Source: an uncultured virus (IMG/VR IMGVR_UViG_3300008050_000020) (Duplodnaviria > Heunggongvirae > Uroviricota > Caudoviricetes). Taken from it: a stretch of 64,000 nucleotides of DNA. The notes below the pieces were generated by a model. The model saw only the letters and a program-made list of their open reading frames with translations, was not told the DNA's origin and ran no database searches. The DNA lies in the IMG/VR virus record IMGVR_UViG_3300008050_000020. One strand, given 5' to 3'. Shown one piece after another: positions 41,050 to 49,570 of this stretch. Both the position numbers and the translations under genes were made by a program. Position 1 is the stretch's first letter, and each line of letters begins with the position of its first letter.

Positions 41050-41324
41050 AGCTCACACGCTCAGCGTTGCGAAAGATGATTCTCGCAGAAATCACGAGCA
41101 TCTCGTCAGGTTCACCCGAAGAGCTTGCAGCCCAGATTTCAGCAGAGCACGGTAACTCACTCAACAGCATGATGGACGCTGAGGTCGAAGATCTTGTCTA
41201 CACTGCAATGGGTGAAGCTGGTCTCATGGATGATGACTGGCCCGATTTCCTTGATGCTACTCTTGACATCCTTGATAAGCAGGGTGCTGGTCAAGGTCAA
41301 AGCGTCATGGGCGAACCAGCCTGA
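41046..41324 (+). CDS. Small acidic protein, MKLTR-leader family
   Basis: MKLTRSALRKMILAEI. ATGA overlap with the previous gene. Confidence 0.75.
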   Translation: MKLTRSALRKMILAEITSISSGSPEELAAQISAEHGNSLNSMMDAEVEDLVYTAMGEAGLMDDDWPDFLDATLDILDKQGAGQGQSVMGEPA

Positions 41325-41342
41325 ACAGAACTCCAGCAACTA

Positions 41343-41350
41343 GATACTTA
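41343..41350 (+). promoter_or_regulatory. Putative late promoter (GATACTTA) for tail tube
   Basis: Motif upstream of SD AAGGAG and ATG 41376. Confidence 0.6.
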
Positions 41351-41375
41351 CCAACGTCCAAAGGAGACTTGAACC

Positions 41376-41864
41376 ATGGCCGAGACCCTCTCCGTTACTG
41401 ACATGCTCCCGAACAAGTATGAGCCGAAGCGCAAGTTTCGGTGGGTCCTCCAGATCGAGGGTGTCGACGCATTCTTGATGAAGACCGCGGCTCGGCCCTC
41501 TTTTGAGACCGAGTCGATCGAAATCGGGTTCATCAACGCCACACGCTACCTTGCAGGTAAGACCAAGTTCTCAGAAATGTCGGTCACCCTGTACGACCCG
41601 ATTGCTCCGTCTGCTTCGCAGCAGATCATGGAGTGGATCAGGCTTCACTACGAGTCCGTGAGTGGCCGCGCCGGCTACGCTGACTTCTACAAGCGCGATC
41701 TTCAGCTCAAGGTCCTTGACCCGGTTGGCACTGTCGTTGAACTCTGGGACCTCAAGGGTTGCTGGCTGACCAACATCGAATACGGAGACCTTGACTACGA
41801 TGTCTCGGACGCGATGGAAGTCTCCATCACCATTCGCTACGACAACGCTGTTCTCCAGTACTGA
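41376..41864 (+). CDS. gp19: Tail tube protein (T4 gp19-like)
   Basis: YEPKRKFRW, AARPSF, RYLAGK, TLYDPIAPS, YADFYKRD, LDPVGTVVELWDLKGCW, ITIRYD. Confidence 0.92.
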   Translation: MAETLSVTDMLPNKYEPKRKFRWVLQIEGVDAFLMKTAARPSFETESIEIGFINATRYLAGKTKFSEMSVTLYDPIAPSASQQIMEWIRLHYESVSGRAGYADFYKRDLQLKVLDPVGTVVELWDLKGCWLTNIEYGDLDYDVSDAMEVSITIRYDNAVLQY

Positions 41865-41876
41865 TTGGATTAAACC

Positions 41877-42086
41877 GTGAAGATTGCTCGAAATCTGCTC
41901 CGGACGATGATCGTTGAAGCACTCGAAGAGCAGGGACTCGAAGACCGAGTGTATTCCGCTCTCGAAGACTGCATCTTCGAGAGCGTGCCAGAGACAGAAG
42001 AATATGTCAGCGCTGAAAACTGGCACGTCATCGAAAGAACACGCCGAGCGGCTCTTGTCGATCTTCGGAATCAAGGAGTTCGCTAA
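41877..42086 (+). CDS. Small protein, leader family
   Basis: MKIARNLLRTMIVEALEE (GTG start). Confidence 0.65.
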   Translation: MKIARNLLRTMIVEALEEQGLEDRVYSALEDCIFESVPETEEYVSAENWHVIERTRRAALVDLRNQGVR

Positions 42087-42580
42087 TGAAGTTTACGCTA
42101 GGTCGGCTTCGTCGGATCATCTCAGAGAATCTCACCTGTCTTCGGGAGAGCAGCCTCCAGGCCGGTGATCTTGTTGACGTAGCTAACGACTTTAACAAGT
42201 ATGTTGCTGTCCGAATCGAAGATACTCTCGATGATGTGTCGCAACACTCAGGCCTCGATAGCGGAGCAGGCTTTTCGGGTACAACTCCCAACGGTGAAGA
42301 GATCATCTTTAGTGCTGATCAGATCATTCCGGGTTCGTACGAGAAGTACTTTTGGGCGGATGATAAGAACACGGGTATGCGCTTGAACCCATCGTACGGA
42401 GATTTAGCGCATACTAAGTCAGGTGATTCTTACTTTTTCTCGGGCCCTGGCAGCGATCGAGGCTCGTTCCGCGGTCAGAAGGCTCGGTGGACTGGTAGCC
42501 GCTACGAGCCCGAAGGAGACAACGTTTCGCTCGCACGAGATGACGTTGAAGAATGGCTTCCTAAGTCTTGGGTAGACTAA
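42086..42580 (+). CDS. Small protein, leader family
   Basis: MKFTLGRLRRIISENLTCLRE. TAATG coupling. Confidence 0.7.
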   Translation: MKFTLGRLRRIISENLTCLRESSLQAGDLVDVANDFNKYVAVRIEDTLDDVSQHSGLDSGAGFSGTTPNGEEIIFSADQIIPGSYEKYFWADDKNTGMRLNPSYGDLAHTKSGDSYFFSGPGSDRGSFRGQKARWTGSRYEPEGDNVSLARDDVEEWLPKSWVD

Positions 42581-42627
42581 GTCTACCAGTCATTCTAAGA
42601 ACATTCGGGCTGTGCTGAGGACCTTTC

Positions 42628-42669
42628 AAGAACTCCGAGGTTGTTACATACCTCGGAGTTCTTCTGTTG
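42628..42669 (+). terminator. Intergenic 14-bp hairpin, probable terminator
   Basis: AAGAACTCCGAGGT (42628-42641) pairs with ACCTCGGAGTTCTT (42650-42663), followed by a T-rich tail. Confidence 0.7.
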
Positions 42670-42729
42670 TGCACGTACGTCTCTGAGTGGATATGTATCT
42701 GCTGTGGTGTTTTGAAGCAGGGGCTTCTA

Positions 42730-43041
42730 ATGAGACTTCGTGAATCAGCTATTCGACAGATCGTTCGTGCAGAGCTCCAGCTCCACGAATCACGCCTTGA
42801 AGTTCCCGATAGCATGACCTGGTTTACGACGTTCTATCCGGGTCACATGACTCCAGCACCAATGGTGCAAGATGATGTTGGAATGAAGATGCCAGATCCT
42901 GGAACGTATCAAACGTCTAACGGCATGGTTGTTGCAACGAACACTGACGGCGAAGTTTTCGTATGGCCTTCTGACGATACGACTGAGTCGATCAACGATA
43001 TTCTTACCCGATTGCAGGGTGCTGGATTCGTGGAATCATAA
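42730..43041 (+). CDS. Small protein, leader family
   Basis: MRLRESAIRQIVRAELQLHE. GATATGTA motif at 42690. Start moved to ATG 42730. Confidence 0.65.
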   Translation: MRLRESAIRQIVRAELQLHESRLEVPDSMTWFTTFYPGHMTPAPMVQDDVGMKMPDPGTYQTSNGMVVATNTDGEVFVWPSDDTTESINDILTRLQGAGFVES

Positions 43042-43088
43042 GAATCCACACTACTGACTGATACTTACTCCCGACTAGGAGTGGCATA

Positions 43089-43910
43089 ATGAAGATCACT
43101 GTCCGCGAAATCAAGAGAGTCATTGCCGAAGAGTTCGCTAAGGGTGATGACCCTGATCTCCTCGACCTTGAATTTGATACTGTCAAGCAGGATGACCTCG
43201 ACGAGGCAACACCGCTCAAGGGAGTTGCCAGTACACCATCTGGTCGAGGTCGCCGAGGTCGCTCTGTTCGCCGCCCGGAAGATGCAATCGGCGATGACGA
43301 AGAGATGAATCTGCCTGCCAGTGCATCTACTGCTGCCGCTAATCGACGAGCTTCTAAGTCCACTGCAATGCAGGACGCAATGCAGGCTTTGGGAATGGCG
43401 ATGAAGGCGATGAACAGCTTTAATCCGCGCTGGCATCGATGGGTTTGTCGAACAGAGCAGGGCAAGGAGATGTCTGACATCACCATCAATCTTGAGCGTG
43501 GCCTCAAGACTCTGCATCGTGAACTAATGAGTGTCTCAGAGGCACGTATTCTCACGGCTGAGGACATCCGACGGATCGTGGCTGAAGAAGTTGAAAAGTC
43601 AGGTCAGCTGGATGAGCTCGGTTCGTTCCTGGGCATGTTCAAGATTCCAGGTCTTGGAAATCGTGGTCGCGAAAGGGCACAGGCGGCACGAGGCCGGAAG
43701 GCAGCACCAGCCGCTCCCGTTACTGCACCGGCACAGGACACTCGAAAGGTCTCGCCCACCATTCAGAAGGTGCGGACAATGATCTCAGACATGTCTCACC
43801 TCTACGACACCTTCACGCCCCAGATGAGAAGGAAGATGTGCCTCGGCGCTGCTGGAGACGAGCTCGTTCAGCGTCTTATCACTCTGGATGACATGCTAGG
43901 AAAGCTCTAA
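43089..43910 (+). CDS. Protein with two copies of the leader motif
   Basis: MKITVREIKRVIAEEF and internal RILTAEDIRRIVAEEV...LDE. GATACTTA at 43060, SD AGGAG. Confidence 0.75.
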   Translation: MKITVREIKRVIAEEFAKGDDPDLLDLEFDTVKQDDLDEATPLKGVASTPSGRGRRGRSVRRPEDAIGDDEEMNLPASASTAAANRRASKSTAMQDAMQALGMAMKAMNSFNPRWHRWVCRTEQGKEMSDITINLERGLKTLHRELMSVSEARILTAEDIRRIVAEEVEKSGQLDELGSFLGMFKIPGLGNRGRERAQAARGRKAAPAAPVTAPAQDTRKVSPTIQKVRTMISDMSHLYDTFTPQMRRKMCLGAAGDELVQRLITLDDMLGKL

Positions 43911-44704
43911 TGGAAAAGAAGCTCAAGAAAGGAGATCTTCGACGCATGATCGTCGAGGAGCTCCTGACAGAAACACCCAGCTCTTTTGTTACGATCCATC
44001 CCGAAACTGGACCGATGGAAGTTGATTTCGAAGTTGATCCGTCAACGGGTGCACCTATCGTTCGATTTGGTAACCGCTTTACGCTGTCAGGAATGACGTT
44101 TGGCGATTTCATGAAGCTCTCCCAAATGTTTCGTCAGGCTGCAGAGCTTTCAGAGTCAGCGGGTACTAGCGGCAATCTCTTGACAGAAGAAGAGTACGAT
44201 TGCATGCGAGACTATCGAGCGGGTACAATGTCTCGTCAAGAGTACGAGGACTGCTTGCGTCAATTCCGAACAACTGCAGGCAACTATGGTTCGGGAGACG
44301 GTCGCGGCAACTACGGCGGCTATGGACGTCGTTCAAAGTACAAGAAGAAGCGTCACAATCCGTACAGGGGGCCAAGGACAACATACACAACTCATGATCC
44401 CGAAGCTCTTGTGATCATTGATGAGTTGATTGCACAGCGTCCCAATAGTGGATTCTTTCAGTCGATTAGAAAGCGAATCGCTGCTGGTCAGGCACTCTCA
44501 CCACGTCAGAAGTCAGCAATGCAAAAGGTTCTGATCGACTTCGGAATGGACGACAAGTTGTCTCTGTTTGAGTGCGGTGAGCCGAATGACCCACTTCTTA
44601 GTGATGTGTACGGCGACGAGAATGTTACGAATCTTTCGCTGGATCCGGAGCATGTTGAAGAACTGCCTCCCGAAGAACCTGGTCGGTCTGTAACACCCTG
44701 GTGA
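43910..44704 (+). CDS. Hypothetical protein, leader family
   Basis: MEKKLKKGDLRRMIVEELLTE. TAATG coupling. Confidence 0.75.
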   Translation: MEKKLKKGDLRRMIVEELLTETPSSFVTIHPETGPMEVDFEVDPSTGAPIVRFGNRFTLSGMTFGDFMKLSQMFRQAAELSESAGTSGNLLTEEEYDCMRDYRAGTMSRQEYEDCLRQFRTTAGNYGSGDGRGNYGGYGRRSKYKKKRHNPYRGPRTTYTTHDPEALVIIDELIAQRPNSGFFQSIRKRIAAGQALSPRQKSAMQKVLIDFGMDDKLSLFECGEPNDPLLSDVYGDENVTNLSLDPEHVEELPPEEPGRSVTPW

Positions 44705-44806
44705 CGAAAATATCTACCAGACAACAACGCACTCACGATTTTTTAGTCTTGGGATATTTACCCTCCGTACACGTGAACATAAGATTCGTGTAGCGGAGGA
44801 CTAGCT

Positions 44807-45685
44807 TTGTCAGATAGAAACAACCAGATCTTCTCCCAGGGAGATCCCGAGCAGATGGCATCCGTACAGGCAGTACGTGAAGCTGGACAGCAGGGGCGAG
44901 CCCGGGATATTATGCGTGACGACTTCGGGTTTGAAATTCCCGTCGAGTCCGTTCCACTCCCGTCAGGAGGAAAGGTCTACCCAGTCGGTCATCCTTTGCA
45001 CGGTCAGCAGGTCCTTGAGATCACAGCTATGACTGCGCGCGAAGAGGATATTCTGACGTCTCGGGCACTCATTAAGAAGGGTACCGTCATCACAGAGCTT
45101 ATCAAGTCGTGCCTTGTTGACAAGCGCATTCGACCTGAGAATATGCTCGCCGGTGACCGAAACGCTCTGATGGTCTCAATTCGTGTGACTGGTTACGGTC
45201 GTGAGTATCAAGCTGAGATCGTATGTGATGCTTGCAATGAGAGATCCGAGTCTTCTTTCGACCTAGCAGGTCTCCCTATCAAGAGTCTAAGCCTTGATCC
45301 CGTTGAAGTGGGCCAGAACCTCTTTGAGTTCAAGCTCCCTAAGACGGGCGCCAAAGTTCGGTTTGCCTTCCTGACGGGTAGCGATGAAGAGCAGCTAGTC
45401 GCCGAGCACGACCGCAAGCGCAAGAAGCTGAAGCTGAAGTCTGAGTCTCTCGTTACAAGCCGCCTCGAGCGTTCAATCCTTTCAGTCAATGGCATCGAAG
45501 ATCGAACTAAGATCACGATGTTTGTGCGCAGGATGCCCGCCGCAGATTCGCGAGCACTCCGAAAGTTCATGGAAGAGCACGAGCCGGGAATCGAGATGAA
45601 GGCATGGACTCAGTGCGAAAGCTGCGGGGAGGACCAGTTGGCATCTATGCCGATTGGTGCCAAGTTTTTTTGGCCTGACGCCTGA
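44807..45685 (+). CDS. Baseplate hub assembly / tail assembly chaperone (T4 gp26-like)
   Basis: VPLPSGGKVY, MTAREEDILT, GDRNALMVSIRVTGYG.EY, two CxxC motifs, ends KFFWPDA. TTG start after GGAGG. Confidence 0.8.
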   Translation: MSDRNNQIFSQGDPEQMASVQAVREAGQQGRARDIMRDDFGFEIPVESVPLPSGGKVYPVGHPLHGQQVLEITAMTAREEDILTSRALIKKGTVITELIKSCLVDKRIRPENMLAGDRNALMVSIRVTGYGREYQAEIVCDACNERSESSFDLAGLPIKSLSLDPVEVGQNLFEFKLPKTGAKVRFAFLTGSDEEQLVAEHDRKRKKLKLKSESLVTSRLERSILSVNGIEDRTKITMFVRRMPAADSRALRKFMEEHEPGIEMKAWTQCESCGEDQLASMPIGAKFFWPDA

Positions 45686-45935
45686 TTACAGGACGATCCA
45701 GCTCGAACACATGTTCCTCCTGATGTACTACGGAGGATTTGCGTACACTGAGGCGAGAAAACTTCCGATTCCTTATCGTCGATGGTTCATCGAGAGGATC
45801 AACAAGGAGTTTGCAAAGTCGCAGGAGGCCGGCGAAGGCCAGTCTCGCGCAGCACATCATAACACGCCTACGACCCGAGCAATGCAAGGCCGCGCCCGTG
45901 AGAACGTCCCAGCTCGAATGGCACGATTTACCTGA
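45666..45935 (+). CDS. gp51-like small ORF, possibly reached by a +1 frameshift from the gp26-like gene (alternative ATG 45711)
   Basis: FFGLTPDY...FLLMYYGGFAYTEARKLPIPYRRWFIERI. Overlaps the end of the upstream gene at a T7 run. Confidence 0.65.
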   Translation, partial: FFGLTPDYRTIQLEHMFLLMYYGGFAYTEARKLPIPYRRWFIERINKEFAKSQEAGEGQSRAAHHNTPTTRAMQGRARENVPARMARFT

Positions 45936-45967
45936 GTCTGGATAGTTACACCTGACGGAGGCGTGCT

Positions 45968-46303
45968 GTGACTCAATTGACCCCAGAATTGGTCGATGAA
46001 ATGCTTACTGAGTCGGTCGATTCAAAGGCTGTTTTGAATGAGCATTTTCGCGTCAGTGCTGTAGGAAAACTTTTCTTGGCAGCGCTTGCCGGCTACGTGC
46101 TAGGCAAGAAAACGGGCTATAAAGTTCGAGGAACACCTCAAGAGGTCGCAGCTGTTAAGTCAGCACTGATGTCGTCCAAGGCTTTTCGTCGTGAGCTTGA
46201 AAAGCCTGGTGCCTCTGTCGAGTCTGTCATCAACAAGCTGAATCTAAAGAGAGCATCAGCTAGAGAGTTCGAAAAGAAGCTGGGAATTCCCTGGCCACTC
46301 TGA
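45968..46303 (+). CDS. Hypothetical protein
   Basis: GTG start after GGAGG. GATAGTTA motif at 45941. Ends FEKKLGIPWPL. Confidence 0.7.
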   Translation: MTQLTPELVDEMLTESVDSKAVLNEHFRVSAVGKLFLAALAGYVLGKKTGYKVRGTPQEVAAVKSALMSSKAFRRELEKPGASVESVINKLNLKRASAREFEKKLGIPWPL

Positions 46304-46355
46304 CCGCCCGAGAACTGGGCCTGGTCGATAGTTAAAGCCAGGAGTTTCGGGTACA

Positions 46356-49340
46356 TTGGCTGACAATCTTACCATCCATCAGCAGATTAACTCTCTGCTG
46401 AGTCAACGAACTAAGGTTCTGAGTGTCCACAATGACATTCTCAAGGACCAGCTTGCGCTCGCAAGCACTCTTCGGGACTCTCTTGAGGGAGCTGAGCCCG
46501 AGAAGCTCGTTGATCGATTCACCGAGGTCCGAGAAGCGCTGGACGAAGTAGCTGATTCTTCGCGACGTACGGGCCAGTCAATGGATAGTGACTTTAGGCG
46601 CGGAGCCGAGGGTGTTGTAGAGGCAAAAAAGGAGTCGCAAGGATTCCTTCACACTCTCAAGGAGATTGCCAAGAAGCCCTTCGTAATTGCTGGTGCTTTC
46701 TTGGCTGGTATTGGTGACGTCGCAGTCAAGGCCGTCAAGCTTCTGTGGAACACGGGAAAGATCACACTAAGCACCTTTGTGCAGATTGCTGAGAGTGCCT
46801 GGAACATCGGTTCAGCAATCGTCTCGTTCCCAATGCGAGTCTTTGAAGGCTTGCTTGCGATGTCAGATGCTCTAGCGCAAGCATTCTTGCATATTGCGCG
46901 GCAGTGGGAAGCAGTCAGGAAGGAGTTCGGTGATCCTACTGAGGACGTAAATCGGTCTATTCATGGCCTCGTCCGAAACATGAGATCCTTCAGTGGCGAA
47001 GTCAGCTCAGTCACCAGGCTTGGTCTCTACTCAGTCTTCAACGATCAGGCTGATGCAGCAGCATATGCAGCGGAAGTATTCGGTGCACTCGGTTCTACAG
47101 CTTCGATTCTAGGCAAGCAGATTGAAGAGCTTGGCATGGACTTCGTTGTCTTCCAGAAGGGTATGGGACTGTCGGGCGAAGAGATGCGTGCTCTTGGTGA
47201 ACGCGCCATCACGTCCGGACGACCAATTCAGGAAGTGCTGCACGAAGTTGCCAACATGTCACTCCAGCTTTCTGAGGCATTCGGCTTCTCGGGTAAGCTA
47301 GTATCGAAGGACATGGGCAAGATGGTCAAGGACGTAGGTCGCTTTGGCAACCTGTCAGTCCGAAGCCTTGGTGAAGTTGCTATTCGTGCTCGCTCGTTGG
47401 GGCTCGAGGTTGAATCACTAGGAAAGGTTGTAGACAAGTTCCTCACCTTTGATGACGCTGCTGAGTCAGCAGCTAAGCTAGCACAGGCCTTCGGCATCAA
47501 CGTCGACTCAATGACTCTCATGCGAGAAGCTTCAAACGGCGGCATGGGAGCAATTGACGAGCTGCGTAGAGCATTCTTTGAAGCAGGTCGCGATGCTGAA
47601 AAGATGAGCCTTGTCCAGCTCCGCCTTCTGGCACAGAACACTGGCCTCTCTGAGGAAGAAGCTCGTCTCGCATTCTCTATGAAGAATCGCGGCCGCTCAA
47701 TGGAAGACATCTCCAAGCAGTCTGGAATTGCGGAAAAGAAGGAGCTCTCTCAGGCTGAGGCGATGTCGAAGCTGGCTGACGCAACAGAGCGTTACATCCG
47801 CTTCATCGAAATGAGTGGCGGCTTGTTCGACCGATTCGCGCAGGGATTTGCACGAGGAATCAAGCATAATAACAAATTCCTCGAGACGATGTTTAGTCTT
47901 CGTGCAGTGTCAGAGGAAGTGCAGTGGGCCGGTTTCGAGCTGGGGAAGGTCTTTGTTGATGCATTCCCTGGCGTAACGAAGATGCTTGGTGCACTTCAAG
48001 AGCTCTACAGCCCAGCGAAGTATAAGAAGCTGATGACAAAGGTGAAGGGAGCATTCACCGAATTCTTTGAAGATCTGAGTGATCCGAAGAAAATGGCCGA
48101 GGCTACGCGAAACCTCATGTCTGGTCTTAAGTCAGCACTTTTTGAGTCATGGACCGGCCCCGGCTCTATTAAACTCCTCGATGGAGTCAAGGACTTTTTG
48201 AGCGGGATCGGTCATGCTATCGCTGGATTTATTCCAGTCATGGCCGAACAGTTCGCAAACGGTCTCGGGCGCCTGGGCGACGTCATTGAAGGGAAAGGCT
48301 CAACAGGCCTTGACTCATCTCTTCAAGTTGGAATGGACAAGATGGGTGATGGAGCATTCGACGCGATTATGGGTCTCGTAACACCGATCACTGATGCTCT
48401 GAGTCGGCTTTGGAAAGATGGGACAATTCAGGAAGCTCTAGTTAAGTTCCTGTCTCGTGTAACAAATCAGATGAATGAATGGGCACGGAATCCGGGAGAC
48501 GATCGAGGAGTCGGCGAGGCGCTCGGGGAGTTCATGTTTGCTGCACTCAATCTCGCCTGGGAGCTAGGTGTTAAGCCAGCTCTTCCGGGGTTGAAGGCCA
48601 AGCTGTCTGAGGGTATGAGCATGGTATGGGACGCAGCAAAGGAAGCTGTCCTCTTCAAGCTATCCGAGATGTGGGAAGATGTTATCAACTACTCAAGTGA
48701 AAAGTTGCAGTTCGTGTCTGACTATCTCCAGACACTGGCTGCGGATGTCGGGGATGTTGCTGTTGCAATCTCGAGCCCCTTCCAGGATGCCTGGAACACC
48801 ATCGAAGAAATCTTCGACTTCAAGGTCGCCATGAATCTGATGGAGGAATTCACCAAGGGAATGGCCAAGGGCTTGGGTGACGCTGAAGAGAGCCCAGCTT
48901 TCATGACCCTTGTGGGGTCCATGCAGGCGATCCTCGAGTTCCTCGACATCAACTCCCCTTCTCGCTTCGCAGAGAAGATGATCGGTGAAAACCTGGGTAA
49001 GGGTCTCACACACGGTGTAGAATCATCGTTGGGTGGCTTCTCTGACACGATGCTCGACAACATGAACTTGCCTGCGACCAACGACGCCATTGCGCTGATG
49101 AAGAGCAATCTTCAGGCAGACATCAAGGCTATCAACCGGTCGCTTGAGAGCATTCCGGACATCGATCTCTCAGCTAAGATTAGTCCGATGGGCAACGGTA
49201 TGGGAATCAACGGCGACACATTGACAGTTGAAGCCGGACGACTGAACCTCAACCTTCACCTGACAGTTACAATGGAAGCCGATCAGGTTGCTACTGTCCT
49301 TGTGGACAAGGCCTCGATGGTTCGAAAGGAGAGAATCTAA
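46356..49340 (+). CDS. Tail tape measure protein
   Basis: 994-aa, mostly helical, Ala/Leu/Gly-rich. KFLTFDDAAESAAKLAQAFG. Located between the chaperone and baseplate genes. Confidence 0.8.
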   Translation: MADNLTIHQQINSLLSQRTKVLSVHNDILKDQLALASTLRDSLEGAEPEKLVDRFTEVREALDEVADSSRRTGQSMDSDFRRGAEGVVEAKKESQGFLHTLKEIAKKPFVIAGAFLAGIGDVAVKAVKLLWNTGKITLSTFVQIAESAWNIGSAIVSFPMRVFEGLLAMSDALAQAFLHIARQWEAVRKEFGDPTEDVNRSIHGLVRNMRSFSGEVSSVTRLGLYSVFNDQADAAAYAAEVFGALGSTASILGKQIEELGMDFVVFQKGMGLSGEEMRALGERAITSGRPIQEVLHEVANMSLQLSEAFGFSGKLVSKDMGKMVKDVGRFGNLSVRSLGEVAIRARSLGLEVESLGKVVDKFLTFDDAAESAAKLAQAFGINVDSMTLMREASNGGMGAIDELRRAFFEAGRDAEKMSLVQLRLLAQNTGLSEEEARLAFSMKNRGRSMEDISKQSGIAEKKELSQAEAMSKLADATERYIRFIEMSGGLFDRFAQGFARGIKHNNKFLETMFSLRAVSEEVQWAGFELGKVFVDAFPGVTKMLGALQELYSPAKYKKLMTKVKGAFTEFFEDLSDPKKMAEATRNLMSGLKSALFESWTGPGSIKLLDGVKDFLSGIGHAIAGFIPVMAEQFANGLGRLGDVIEGKGSTGLDSSLQVGMDKMGDGAFDAIMGLVTPITDALSRLWKDGTIQEALVKFLSRVTNQMNEWARNPGDDRGVGEALGEFMFAALNLAWELGVKPALPGLKAKLSEGMSMVWDAAKEAVLFKLSEMWEDVINYSSEKLQFVSDYLQTLAADVGDVAVAISSPFQDAWNTIEEIFDFKVAMNLMEEFTKGMAKGLGDAEESPAFMTLVGSMQAILEFLDINSPSRFAEKMIGENLGKGLTHGVESSLGGFSDTMLDNMNLPATNDAIALMKSNLQADIKAINRSLESIPDIDLSAKISPMGNGMGINGDTLTVEAGRLNLNLHLTVTMEADQVATVLVDKASMVRKERI

Positions 49341-49570
49341 TGAGCAAGTCAATCCTCGACATGGTAAAGGAGAGTTCTGACTATCAGCGTGCTCTTGACA
49401 TGGCACCTGAGGCTGATCGCGCTCGGATTGAGGCAAATGCCAGCCGGCTTGCAGGCGTAATGCAAAATCTCGCCGAGCAGCTCCGGAAGGTCGCCGAAGA
49501 CCCCGAGGCACGTGAAAAAATGCGCGACGCTCTCAAGGGACAGATGACGGGGGCGAACCGTGTCTCGTGA
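49340..49570 (+). CDS. Small hypothetical protein
   Basis: TAATG coupling, SD AAGGAG. Helical. Confidence 0.65.
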   Translation: MSKSILDMVKESSDYQRALDMAPEADRARIEANASRLAGVMQNLAEQLRKVAEDPEAREKMRDALKGQMTGANRVS

